Assembly: GCA_964486305.1 (NCBI GenBank)
Contig: CAZAMS010000223.1
Coordinates: 1 to 38,573 of the forward strand
DNA from: an uncultured Aestuariivirga sp.
GTDB lineage: Bacteria > Pseudomonadota > Alphaproteobacteria > Rhizobiales > Aestuariivirgaceae
DNA: 38,573 nucleotides
Direction: 5' to 3'
The notes below the pieces were generated by a model. The model was not told the DNA's origin. It ran no database searches and saw nothing but the letters and a program-made list of their open reading frames with translations. A program made the translations under genes and the position numbers. Positions within the stretch are counted from its first letter, which is position 1. Every line of letters starts with the position of its first letter. Of this stretch, positions 9,748-18,947 are shown one piece after another.

Positions 9748-11187
9748 ATGGCCGACAATAACTTCGACGTTCTCATCATTGGCTCCGGTCCCGGTGGCTA
9801 TGTCACTGCCATTCGCGCCGCCCAGCTCGGTTTCAAGACGGCCATTGTCGAGCGTGAACACCTCGGTGGAATCTGTTTGAACTGGGGTTGCATTCCCACC
9901 AAAGCGCTGCTGCGCTCGGCCGAAATTTATCATTACATGAAACACGCCAAAGACTACGGCCTCTCAGCCGACAATGTTTCCTTTGATCCAGCCGCCGTGG
10001 TGCAGCGCTCGCGTGGTGTATCGGGCCGCCTCAATGGCGGCGTTGGCGGCTTGCTCAAGAAGAACAAGGTACAACTCATCTGGGGCGAAGCGAAGATCAC
10101 AAAACTCGGTGAAGTCAGTGTTGCGAAATCAGCCAAGCCCGCCATGCAGCCGCAGATCCCCGAGCCCAAAGGCGCACTCGGTGCTGGCACCTATGCGGCC
10201 AAGCACATCATCATTGCCACGGGTGCACGGCCTCGCGCACTGCCGGACCTCGAAGCTGATGGCAAACTGGTGTGGACCTACTTCGAAGCCATGGTGCCGC
10301 CCAAGATGCCGAAGTCTTTGCTGGTCGTGGGTTCAGGCGCCATCGGCATTGAGTTTGCCTCCTTCTACAATGCCATGGGCGTTGACGTAACCGTGGTTGA
10401 AATCATGGATCAGGTCATGCCGGTGGAAGACGCCGAGATTGCCAAGGTCGCCCAGAAGCAACTGGAAAAGCAGGGCCTGAAGATCAAGTTGAGTGCCAAA
10501 GTCAGTGCACTGAAGAAATCCGCCAACAGCGTCACCGCGACGATAGAGCAGGGCACCACGAAAACCGAACTCACCGTGGATCGGGTGATCTCCGCCGTGG
10601 GCGTTGTCGGCAATATCGAAAACCTCGGGCTTGAGGCGTTGGGCGTCAAAACCGAAAAGGGCTGCATCGTCATCGATGGCTTTGGCCGCACCAATGTTGC
10701 CGGCCTCTATGCGATTGGTGACGTGGCCGGCCCACCCATGCTGGCCCACAAGGCCGAGCATGAAGGCGTGATCTGCGTTGAGAAAATCAAGGGCCTTGAT
10801 GCCCACCCCATGAAGAAAGAGCACATTCCGGGCTGCACCTATTGCCACCCGCAGGTGGCCTCTGTTGGTCTCACTGAGGCCAAGGCCAAAGCCGCCGGCT
10901 TTGAACTCAAGATCGGACGCTTCCCATTTCTTGCAAACGGGAAGGCCATTGCCCTTGGCGAAGATCAGGGTCTGGTAAAGACGATATTCGATGCCAAGAC
11001 GGGGCGCTTGCTTGGCGCGCATATGGTGGGTGCTGAAGTCACCGAACTCATTCAAGGTTTCGTCATCGCCATGGGACTTGAAACCACCGAGGAAGAGCTG
11101 ATGCACACGGTGTTCCCGCATCCAACCCTTTCCGAAATGATGCATGAGAGCGTATTGGATTCCCAGGGCCGCGTCATACACATGTAA
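9748..11187 (+). CDS. lpdA: Dihydrolipoamide dehydrogenase E3
   Basis: GSGPGGY, GGICLNWGCIPTK redox motif, GSGAIGIE, HPTLSE. Start at ATG 9748 after GAGG. Confidence 0.98.
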   Translation: MADNNFDVLIIGSGPGGYVTAIRAAQLGFKTAIVEREHLGGICLNWGCIPTKALLRSAEIYHYMKHAKDYGLSADNVSFDPAAVVQRSRGVSGRLNGGVGGLLKKNKVQLIWGEAKITKLGEVSVAKSAKPAMQPQIPEPKGALGAGTYAAKHIIIATGARPRALPDLEADGKLVWTYFEAMVPPKMPKSLLVVGSGAIGIEFASFYNAMGVDVTVVEIMDQVMPVEDAEIAKVAQKQLEKQGLKIKLSAKVSALKKSANSVTATIEQGTTKTELTVDRVISAVGVVGNIENLGLEALGVKTEKGCIVIDGFGRTNVAGLYAIGDVAGPPMLAHKAEHEGVICVEKIKGLDAHPMKKEHIPGCTYCHPQVASVGLTEAKAKAAGFELKIGRFPFLANGKAIALGEDQGLVKTIFDAKTGRLLGAHMVGAEVTELIQGFVIAMGLETTEEELMHTVFPHPTLSEMMHESVLDSQGRVIHM

Positions 11188-11205
11188 GGCTCAATTCACA
11201 TGCCA

Positions 11206-11236
11206 CTTGAACCGCACAACGTCGTGGGCCATATCT
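11206..11236 (+). promoter_or_regulatory. Putative RpoH (sigma32)-type promoter of the GlsB/YeaQ/YmgE cluster
   Basis: CTTGAA (11206-11211), N17, CCATAT (11229-11234) matches the alphaproteobacterial RpoH consensus. Confidence 0.55.
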
Positions 11237-11267
11237 CGTGACGCCGGTCAGGAAATAGAGGGCACAA

Positions 11268-11516
11268 ATGGACCAGAAGAATATCATCATCGCACTTGTG
11301 CTGGGCCTTGTTGCAGGCTGGCTGGCCAGCTTCATAGTCGGCGGTTATGGCATTGTTCAGTATCTCATCAGTGGCGTGATTGGTTCCTTTGTGGGATCGT
11401 ATGTCTTGAACAGGATGGGAATCGATCTCGGCATTAAGAACGAGTATGGTCGTGATATAGCTACGGCCACCATCGGTGCGATTATCGTTATGATCATCGC
11501 AAAAATATTAACCTGA
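11268..11516 (+). CDS. GlsB/YeaQ/YmgE (transglycosylase-associated) small membrane protein, copy 1
   Basis: GLVAGWLA...GVIGSFVG...ATIGAII, three hydrophobic helices. Confidence 0.88.
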   Translation: MDQKNIIIALVLGLVAGWLASFIVGGYGIVQYLISGVIGSFVGSYVLNRMGIDLGIKNEYGRDIATATIGAIIVMIIAKILT

Positions 11517-11543
11517 ACTCTGATAGTTAATGGGAGAACTGAA

Positions 11544-11828
11544 ATGAACAATCTGATGGACCTTGGCGGCGGTGTAGGTTGGCTGGGAACCCTGCTCATT
11601 GGCGCCGTGGCGGGCTGGATTGCTGAGAAATTGACCAAGTCCGACATGGGCCTCATCATGAATGTCATTGTTGGTATCATCGGTGCCTATATCGGCGGCT
11701 TCCTTGCCAATGCGGCTGGCATCCAACTCGGCGAATTCTTCCAGGGCTGGTTCTGGGGTAACGTGCTTGTATCCGTTGTGGGTGCCGTCATTTTGATTCT
11801 GGCGGTCAAGCTCTTGCGTGGACGATAA
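11544..11828 (+). CDS. GlsB/YeaQ/YmgE small membrane protein, copy 2
   Basis: GAVAGWIAEK...GLIMNVIVGIIGAYIGG...VVGAVILI. Confidence 0.9.
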   Translation: MNNLMDLGGGVGWLGTLLIGAVAGWIAEKLTKSDMGLIMNVIVGIIGAYIGGFLANAAGIQLGEFFQGWFWGNVLVSVVGAVILILAVKLLRGR

Positions 11829-11865
11829 TTCGAAAAACCGTTAACTCAAACTTGAGGACACAAAA

Positions 11866-12120
11866 ATGGAAGGTTTTGGCTGGATTATGACGATCATCCT
11901 GGGCGCAATTGCCGGCTGGATCGCGGAAAAAGTGATGAAGTTTGATACGGGCCTCATCATGAACATCGTCTTAGGTGTTGTCGGTGCCGTCGTCGGTAAC
12001 TATGTGCTGGGGCTCCTCGGAATCGGTCTTGGGGGCCTGCTGGGACAATTGATTGTGGCTGTTGCAGGGGCCTGTGTCCTGATTTTGGCTTACCGCGCCT
12101 TCCAGGGCCGTTCAGCCTGA
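11866..12120 (+). CDS. GlsB/YeaQ/YmgE small membrane protein, copy 3
   Basis: [10 protein letters not shown]...[16 protein letters not shown]...AVAGACVLI. Confidence 0.9.
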   Translation: MEGFGWIMTIILGAIAGWIAEKVMKFDTGLIMNIVLGVVGAVVGNYVLGLLGIGLGGLLGQLIVAVAGACVLILAYRAFQGRSA

Positions 12121-12125
12121 AATCC

Positions 12126-13070
12126 ATGGCCACGCTCCTCGATATCCGGCTCCGCCATCCTGAAAAGGCCCACAGGGCCGATACGCCCCTCCTGCGCAAG
12201 CCCGAGTGGATCAGGGTGAAGGCGCCGGGGTCGCCCATTTATGCGGAGACCCAGAAAATTGTCCGCGAGAATGGCCTGGTCACGGTCTGTGAGGAGGCGG
12301 GCTGTCCCAATATCGGCGAATGCTGGTCCAAGAAGCATGCAACCTTCATGATCATGGGTGACACCTGCACCAGGGCCTGCGCCTTCTGCAACGTGAAAAC
12401 CGGCATGCCAGAGGCGCTGGAGCAGGATGAGCCTGAACGAGTGGCCGACGCCATTTGCCGCATGGGTCTGGCCCACGCTGTCATTACATCCGTTGACCGC
12501 GATGATCTGGATGATGGCGGTGCGGCCCATTTTGCGCGGGTCATTCGTGCAACCCGTGCTGCAACTCCAACCACAACAATCGAAGTTCTAACCCCTGATT
12601 TCCTGAAAAAAGAAGGTGCGCTAGAGCAAGTCGTCGAAGCCCGACCCGATGTGTTCAATCACAATCTCGAAACCGTTCCCGCCCTCTATCTGAAAATTCG
12701 CCCCGGCGCGCGCTATTTCCATTCGCTGCGCCTGTTGCAGCGCGTGAAGGAACTGGACCCCATGATGTTCACCAAGTCCGGCATTATGGTTGGCCTTGGC
12801 GAAACGCGCGAGCAAGTGATGCAGGTCATGGACGACATGCGCTCCGCCAATATTGATTTCATCACCATTGGCCAATACCTGCAACCCACCCGCAAACACG
12901 CCGCCATTGACCGCTTTGTCACCCCCGATGAATTCAAGGCCTATGAAACCCTGGCCTATGCCAAGGGCTTCCTGATGGTTGCCTCCTCGCCGCTTACCCG
13001 TTCGTCCCACCATGCGGGCGATGATTTCGCCAGGCTGCGTGCGGCTCGGGCCAAACATTCCGGACACTGA
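12126..13070 (+). CDS. lipA: Lipoyl synthase
   Basis: [13 protein letters not shown], radical-SAM CTRACAFC, C-terminal RSSHHA. Confidence 0.98.
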   Translation: MATLLDIRLRHPEKAHRADTPLLRKPEWIRVKAPGSPIYAETQKIVRENGLVTVCEEAGCPNIGECWSKKHATFMIMGDTCTRACAFCNVKTGMPEALEQDEPERVADAICRMGLAHAVITSVDRDDLDDGGAAHFARVIRATRAATPTTTIEVLTPDFLKKEGALEQVVEARPDVFNHNLETVPALYLKIRPGARYFHSLRLLQRVKELDPMMFTKSGIMVGLGETREQVMQVMDDMRSANIDFITIGQYLQPTRKHAAIDRFVTPDEFKAYETLAYAKGFLMVASSPLTRSSHHAGDDFARLRAARAKHSGH

Positions 13071-13074
13071 TGAA

Positions 13075-13533
13075 TTGCCGAGATTTACCGCCACCCGCCG
13101 CGTGAACTTTAAGCCGCACCAGATTTTCAGAGTCGTTGCCGATGTAGGGAGTTACAAGGAATTCCTGCCGCTTGTTGAACGTTCAACCGTGCGCAATCGC
13201 AAGCCGGCCGTTGATGAATACGAGAGCTTTAGTGCTGATCTCGTCATTGGCTACAGGAAAATGGGCATACACGAGTCGTTCTCCAGCCAGGTGGAAACAA
13301 GCCTTGCAAATCTTTCCGTGAATGCAGTTTCGTCAGGCAATGCAGTAAAGAAGCTTATCTCTTCATGGCAGATAACAGCCGTCGAGGACAACAAGTCTGA
13401 CATTACATTTGCCGTGGACTACGAAATGAAGAGCCACCTGTTGCAGATGCTGCTGAGCGGCATGTTTGACCACGCGGCAAAAAAAGTCATGGGTGCGTTT
13501 GAAGCCCGTGCCGAGAAACTCTACAATACTTGA
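13075..13533 (+). CDS. ratA: RatA/PasT/Coq10-like START-domain protein
   Basis: VADVGSYKEFLP...FSSQV...AFEARAEKLY. Likely TTG start at 13075, just after the lipA stop. Confidence 0.85.
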   Translation: MPRFTATRRVNFKPHQIFRVVADVGSYKEFLPLVERSTVRNRKPAVDEYESFSADLVIGYRKMGIHESFSSQVETSLANLSVNAVSSGNAVKKLISSWQITAVEDNKSDITFAVDYEMKSHLLQMLLSGMFDHAAKKVMGAFEARAEKLYNT

Positions 13534-14003
13534 GCTTCTAGAAGTTCCAGTGCAACTTCCAGAGATGCTGTGCGAACGCCCGCACGTCCAATGTCGCCAA
13601 ACCTTTCTTCCCGGTGCCGTGTCGCGCCATTTCGTTGGGCACAGGCAAAATGAACCAGTCCCACAGGCTTTGCAGCCGTTCCGCCTCCGGGGCCCGCTAC
13701 GCCGGTGATTGAAACGGCAAGCGTGGCGGCAGATTCACGAATGGCCCCATGGGCCATGGCCAATGAGCACTCGCGGCTCACCGCACCGTAATCAGCGATG
13801 AGTTCATGGGAAACACCGAGCATTCTTTTCTTGGCTTCGTTTGAGTAAGTCACAAAACTGCAATCGAAAACGTCGGACGATCCGGGCACTGAAGTAAGCA
13901 AGGCGGCAAGCATGCCACCGGTGCAGCTTTCAGCCGTAGCAATCTTGAAGCCTTGCAATCGGCATGTTTCCAGCAGCGTCGCGGCTCTCAGTTCCAAAGT
14001 CAT
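13521..14003 (-). CDS. cinA: CinA/PncC-family protein (NMN deamidase-like)
   Basis: ATAESCTGG, GSS, VTYSNEAK, GAVS, SITGVAGPGGG. Confidence 0.93.
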   Translation of the reverse strand: MTLELRAATLLETCRLQGFKIATAESCTGGMLAALLTSVPGSSDVFDCSFVTYSNEAKKRMLGVSHELIADYGAVSRECSLAMAHGAIRESAATLAVSITGVAGPGGGTAAKPVGLVHFACAQRNGATRHREERFGDIGRAGVRTASLEVALELLEAQVL

Positions 14004-15169
14004 GGCAAGCGCACCGTTGCTGTTGCAAATGCCGCCAGGCCTTCCCGCCTGCCAATCGCACCGAGCTTCTCAGTGGTCGTCGCTTTAACGGCAATACGAT
14101 CCGGAGAAATATGGAGCAGGGGAGAAAGCACGACTTTCATTGCAGCGATATGGGGACCCACGCGCGGCGCTTCCGCCAAAATGGTAATGTCCACATTGGC
14201 AATGATGCCGTTGCGCGCAGTCAGGAGATCAATGGCCTTCCGCAGAAATATCGAAGATGAAACGCCTTTCCACAGCGCATCGCCCGGTGGAAAAAATGTC
14301 CCGATATCACCTTCGCCAAGGGCACCGAGAATCGCATCGGTCAGCGCATGCATGGCCGCATCCGCGTCGGAATGGCCTTTAAGTTTTTTGTCATGAGGAA
14401 TTTTCACGCCAAAGAGCACTACACCATCGCCAGCTTCAAATTCATGAAAATCAATACCTTGCCCGACGCGCACATCCGGCCGTTCCGAATTGGCTTTTGC
14501 GATCAGGAACTGATCTGCTTCACGAATATCCTCCGCCGTCGTCAGCTTTCGGTTTTCTGCATGTCCGGCTATCACCCGTATCTTGATACCAAATTTTTCC
14601 GCCACAGCCGCATCATCCGTGAAGCCACCCAAATCTTGGTCATGGGCCTTTTCATGGGCGGCCAGTATGGCCTTGAAGTCGAATCCCTGCGGCGTCTGCA
14701 CCGCCCAAAGCCCCTGCCGATCGACGGTGCGTTCAACGAGGCCACCGGGAGCAAGTTTCATTGTGTCAGCAACGGGCAGCCCCGGAATGACACCTTCCGA
14801 CCGATCAAGCTCGGCAATGATGTGGCTGATCAGCTCCGCCGAAACAAAGGGGCGCGCCGCATCATGAATCAAAACCTTTTGAGTTCCCATGTTTTCACAC
14901 GCCGCAATGCCAATGCGGCACGAATCCTGCCGTGTGTCCCCGCCAATAACCGGCGGCGCAATTTCCAAGCCAGCAATAGCCTCCGCAAACAAGTGGCCAT
15001 GGTCCACCCCGATCACAGTTTGCACATGCGAAACCCCCGGATGATCGACAAAAGCCTTCAGCGTCCACCAGATCACCGGCCTGCCGCCAATGAGTTGATA
15101 TTGCTTGGGCAGTTCGCCGCCTGCGCGAAAACCCGCTCCCCCAGCGACAATGACAACTGCAACCGACAT
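14000..15169 (-). CDS. ispDF: Bifunctional IspD/IspF (MEP cytidylyltransferase / MECDP synthase)
   Basis: IspD motifs PKQY, IHDAARP, QTPQ, TDD. IspF motifs GxDxH, GHSDAD, DIGTFFP, KATTTE. Confidence 0.97.
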   Translation of the reverse strand: MSVAVVIVAGGAGFRAGGELPKQYQLIGGRPVIWWTLKAFVDHPGVSHVQTVIGVDHGHLFAEAIAGLEIAPPVIGGDTRQDSCRIGIAACENMGTQKVLIHDAARPFVSAELISHIIAELDRSEGVIPGLPVADTMKLAPGGLVERTVDRQGLWAVQTPQGFDFKAILAAHEKAHDQDLGGFTDDAAVAEKFGIKIRVIAGHAENRKLTTAEDIREADQFLIAKANSERPDVRVGQGIDFHEFEAGDGVVLFGVKIPHDKKLKGHSDADAAMHALTDAILGALGEGDIGTFFPPGDALWKGVSSSIFLRKAIDLLTARNGIIANVDITILAEAPRVGPHIAAMKVVLSPLLHISPDRIAVKATTTEKLGAIGRREGLAAFATATVRLP

Positions 15170-15278
15170 AATTTTCGTCTAGCAGTCCCGTTAAGGTGGG
15201 GCAATAAATGGTCTTGACGCGGTGCAACATAGGCCTATTCTGCTCAGAAAATATGCTAGAAAACCATGTGATAAAAAA

Positions 15279-16295
15279 ATGAGCATTCATATCGGCCCCA
15301 TCAAAACCCGCAATCGGGTTTTCCTGGCACCACTATCAGGCGTCACGGATGAACCTTTTCGCGCCGTTGCCCACACGCATGGGGCAGGACTGGTCGTGTC
15401 CGAAATGGTGGCCAGTGAGGAACTGGTGCGCGCCCGACCAGATATGGTGCGCCGCGCCAGGGGGGCTGAAAAACTGAAGCCCTTCGTCATTCAGCTTGCT
15501 GGGCGCGAGGCGCGCTGGATGACCGAGGGAACCAAGGTGGCCCAGGACCTGGGCGCGGATATCATTGATGTCAACATGGGCTGCCCGGCAAGGCAAGTGA
15601 CTGGAGGCCTGTCGGGCTCAGCCCTCATGCGCGATCTCGACCATGCCCTGACCCTGATCGACGCCGTCGTGCAGACAGCCAGGGTTCCCGTCACGCTCAA
15701 GATGCGCCTCGGATGGGATGCCGGCTCAATCAACGCACCGGAACTCGCCCGCCGCGCCGAAGCTTCTGGCGTTCAGATGATTACCGTACACGGACGAACC
15801 CGCTGCCAGTTCTATGGTGGCAAGGCTGATTGGAGCGCCATACGCGCTGTCAAGGAAGCCATCGGCATTCCCCTGATTGCAAACGGTGATGGAACTTCCG
15901 TGGCCGATGCCCGCGCCATGTTGGCGCAATCCCAGGCCGATGGCGTCATGATTGGCCGTGGCGCCTATGGCAGGCCCTGGTGGCCGGGGGTAATCGCCAA
16001 CCAGCTGGATGCGGGTTCGGGCATTGAAGAACCCTCGCTCCACACTGAAATGACTATCGTTATCCGTCATCATCAGCAAATTCTTGAAAATTATGGTGCA
16101 GAACTTGGCAACCGGACGGCCCGTAAACACATTGGCTGGACCATCGCGCGCCTTGAGGAGCGTAAACTTCTTTCGCCCCAGGGCGCCGCCCTCTGGCGTC
16201 AACGCATATTGACTTCGCGTGACAACGCCCATGTGTCCCGCACAATCGTTCAACTCTACGGCTCCCTTGATATCCGTGAAGCCGAGGCCGCATGA
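15279..16295 (+). CDS. dusB: tRNA-dihydrouridine synthase B (NifR3)
   Basis: LAPLSGVTD, DVNMGCP, TVHGRTR, ANGD, MIGRG. First gene of the nifR3-ntrBC operon. Start moved to ATG 15279. Confidence 0.95.
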   Translation: MSIHIGPIKTRNRVFLAPLSGVTDEPFRAVAHTHGAGLVVSEMVASEELVRARPDMVRRARGAEKLKPFVIQLAGREARWMTEGTKVAQDLGADIIDVNMGCPARQVTGGLSGSALMRDLDHALTLIDAVVQTARVPVTLKMRLGWDAGSINAPELARRAEASGVQMITVHGRTRCQFYGGKADWSAIRAVKEAIGIPLIANGDGTSVADARAMLAQSQADGVMIGRGAYGRPWWPGVIANQLDAGSGIEEPSLHTEMTIVIRHHQQILENYGAELGNRTARKHIGWTIARLEERKLLSPQGAALWRQRILTSRDNAHVSRTIVQLYGSLDIREAEAA

Positions 16296-17434
16296 TGGAG
16301 TCTGCTGCCATCGCCATGACGAAATTGCCGCCCTTGCGGGCAATTTTTGATGCGCTTCCAAACCCCATACTGGTCGTCGATGAGAACGACGTCATCTGCT
16401 TTGCCAACAGTGCTGCAGAAGATTTCTTCCAGGCCTCATCCACGGTTCTGGCCCGCCATAAGCTTGAAGACGCCATGCCATTTTCAAGTCCGGTGCTGGA
16501 AGTTGTCAACCAGGTTCGACAATCGGCAGGTGTTATGAATGAATACTCCGTCGGTGTCGGCACCCCGCGCATGGGGGGTGAACGCATAGTCGATTTGCAA
16601 ACTGCGCTGGTGAATGATGATCCCCGTTTTGTCGTGCTCACGTTTCTCCGCCGTTCCATGGCGCAGAAATTTGATCTGCAGCTTACCCACCGGGGCGCTG
16701 CCCGCTCCGTATCCGGCATGGCCGCAATGCTGGCCCATGAAATCAAAAATCCATTGTCGGGCATCAGGGGTGCCGCGCAATTGCTGGAACCCGTTTTGGA
16801 AAATAACGATCGCGCCCTGGCAAAACTGATTTGCGAAGAAACCGACCGCATCAGGGACCTCGTTGATCAGATGGAGGTTTTTTCCGATGAACGGCCCCTG
16901 GACCGAAAGCCCGTCAACATTCACGTGGTGCTGGATCGCGTAAAGCAGTTAACCACCGCTGGAATGCCAAATGCCATTACCATTCGCGAAGAATATGATC
17001 CTTCCCTTCCGTCCATACTCGGCAATCAGGATCAATTGGTTCAGGTATTTCTGAACCTCGCAAAAAATGCGGCCGAATCCATCATCGCATCGGGTGCAAC
17101 TGGTGAAATTACCCTGACCACAGCATTTCGTCCCGGTGTAAAACTCAGTGTTCCGGGCTGCAACGAACGTGTTTCGTTGCCTTTTGAGGTCTGCATTCAC
17201 GATACTGGTCCCGGCATCAGTGAAGATCTAAGGCCCCATATTTTTGATGCCTTCGTCACGACAAAACCCCAGGGCAGGGGCCTTGGCCTCGCCCTCGTTG
17301 CAAAAATTGTCCGCGATCATGGCGGCGTTGTTGAATGTATTTCCCGCGAACGTGGCACAACATTTCGCGTGTTGCTGCCCATGCTGCGTCAGCAGAGTGA
17401 AGATAAATTGGAATCAAAAGGTAAGAACTGGTGA
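16292..17434 (+). CDS. ntrB: Nitrogen regulation histidine kinase NtrB
   Basis: PAS domain, [19 protein letters not shown]-box, N/G/F boxes. Confidence 0.96.
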   Translation: MMESAAIAMTKLPPLRAIFDALPNPILVVDENDVICFANSAAEDFFQASSTVLARHKLEDAMPFSSPVLEVVNQVRQSAGVMNEYSVGVGTPRMGGERIVDLQTALVNDDPRFVVLTFLRRSMAQKFDLQLTHRGAARSVSGMAAMLAHEIKNPLSGIRGAAQLLEPVLENNDRALAKLICEETDRIRDLVDQMEVFSDERPLDRKPVNIHVVLDRVKQLTTAGMPNAITIREEYDPSLPSILGNQDQLVQVFLNLAKNAAESIIASGATGEITLTTAFRPGVKLSVPGCNERVSLPFEVCIHDTGPGISEDLRPHIFDAFVTTKPQGRGLGLALVAKIVRDHGGVVECISRERGTTFRVLLPMLRQQSEDKLESKGKNW

Positions 17435-18879
17435 GCGCTAAAACAATTCTCCTGGCCGACGACGACAGTGCCATCCGCACGGTCCTAACCCAGGCTCTGA
17501 ACCGCGCCGGCTACAGTGTGCGCTCAACTGCAACCGCAACCGCCCTGTGGCGTTGGGTTTCCGAGGGGCAGGGCGATGCTGTTTTGACCGACGTGGTCTT
17601 GCCCGATGAAAACGCCTTTGACGTGATCCCCCGCATAAAAAAACTGCGGCCCAATCTGCCGGTTATCGTCATGAGCGCGCAAAACACCATCATGACGGCC
17701 ATCACCGCAGCAGAACGGGGCGCCTATGATTATTTGCCAAAGCCATTTGACCTCAGCGCGCTCGTGCAAACGGTCGGCCGCGCCCTTGAGCAATCGTCAA
17801 AACCGACGGTTTCACAGACAAGAGCTCAATCCGCTTCTGAAAATCTTCCCATCGTGGGCCGTTCTCCGGCCATGCAGGATATTTACCGCATCATCGCCCG
17901 CCTCACACAAACTGACTTGACGGTCATGATCGTTGGCGAGTCAGGCACTGGCAAGGAACTCGTGGCCCGTGCCCTTCATGATTATGGCCGCCGCCGCAAA
18001 GGCGCCTTCGTTGCCGTCAACATGGCGGCAATTCCACGCGAACTCATTGAATCCGAACTTTTTGGCCATGAGAAGGGGGCTTTCACGGGTGCCACGTCCC
18101 GCATGGCAGGCCGTTTTGAGCAGGCCGAGGGAGGCACCCTGTTCCTCGACGAAATCGGTGATATGCCCTTGGAAGCGCAAACCCGCCTGTTGCGTGTACT
18201 CCAGCAAAGCGAATATACGTCCGTGGGCGGAGTATCGCCGATTAAGACTAACGTGCGCATCATTGCCGCCACGCACCGGGACCTGCGACAGCTCATTACG
18301 CAGGGGCAATTCCGTGAGGATTTGTTCTTCCGCCTGAATGTTGTTCCATTGCAAATTCCTGCCTTGCGCGAGCGTCTTGAGGACCTGCCTGATCTCACTC
18401 GCCATTTTCTCGAGCGCGCCTCCACCGAAGGCCTGCCGCGCAAGGAGATCTCGCAGGACGCAGTTGCTGCGTTACAATCCTATCGTTGGCCGGGAAATGT
18501 TCGCGAGCTTGAAAATCTCATCAAGAGATTGATGGCCATGGAAAGCGACGACACGATAACCGCGGGTTCCGTTACCCGGGAATTGGCGACTTCGCCGCCC
18601 ATGAAACAGTCAAACAACCAGACAATTGATTTTGACAAGCCCGCGGAATTTTTCGAAAACTACCTTGCCGAATATTTTGCCTCGTTCGGTTCCAACTTGC
18701 CACCTGCCGGGCTCTATGAGCGCATGCTTGCAGAAATTGAGCCGCCCCTATTGCGTGCCAGCCTCGCCGCCACCAACGGCAATCAGCTCCGCGCTGCTGA
18801 TTTGCTCGGCATTAACCGCAATACACTCCGGACCAAACTGCGCGGCCGGAACATTAAGAGCATTCGCGGGCTGCATTAA
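17431..18879 (+). CDS. ntrC: Nitrogen regulation response regulator NtrC
   Basis: Receiver domain, [31 protein letters not shown], Fis-type HTH. Confidence 0.97.
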   Translation: MSAKTILLADDDSAIRTVLTQALNRAGYSVRSTATATALWRWVSEGQGDAVLTDVVLPDENAFDVIPRIKKLRPNLPVIVMSAQNTIMTAITAAERGAYDYLPKPFDLSALVQTVGRALEQSSKPTVSQTRAQSASENLPIVGRSPAMQDIYRIIARLTQTDLTVMIVGESGTGKELVARALHDYGRRRKGAFVAVNMAAIPRELIESELFGHEKGAFTGATSRMAGRFEQAEGGTLFLDEIGDMPLEAQTRLLRVLQQSEYTSVGGVSPIKTNVRIIAATHRDLRQLITQGQFREDLFFRLNVVPLQIPALRERLEDLPDLTRHFLERASTEGLPRKEISQDAVAALQSYRWPGNVRELENLIKRLMAMESDDTITAGSVTRELATSPPMKQSNNQTIDFDKPAEFFENYLAEYFASFGSNLPPAGLYERMLAEIEPPLLRASLAATNGNQLRAADLLGINRNTLRTKLRGRNIKSIRGLH

Positions 18880-18947
18880 CCATTACTGTCGCAAATCCGC
18901 CACTATTACTGTTGATTTCAGGCAACAGTAGTGGTGAATCAGTGGCC

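Noticed and set aside
13075-13533. RatA as a toxin-antitoxin system
   Set aside because: No ratB/pasI partner is adjacent. The lipA-ratA-cinA context is standard housekeeping, and a Coq10-like role is more plausible.
14348-15217. 289-aa ORF antisense to ispDF (and similar long antisense ORFs at 4970-5716, 7535-8233, 10333-11181, 16060-16851, 21597-22343, 24309-25055, 34952-35632)
   Set aside because: Shadow ORFs opposite well-supported genes in GC-rich, codon-biased DNA, with no recognisable motifs.
15241-15257. Possible NtrC site TGCTCAGAAAATATGCT before dusB
   Set aside because: The location is plausible but there are too many mismatches to TGCACY-N5-RGTGCA to call it.
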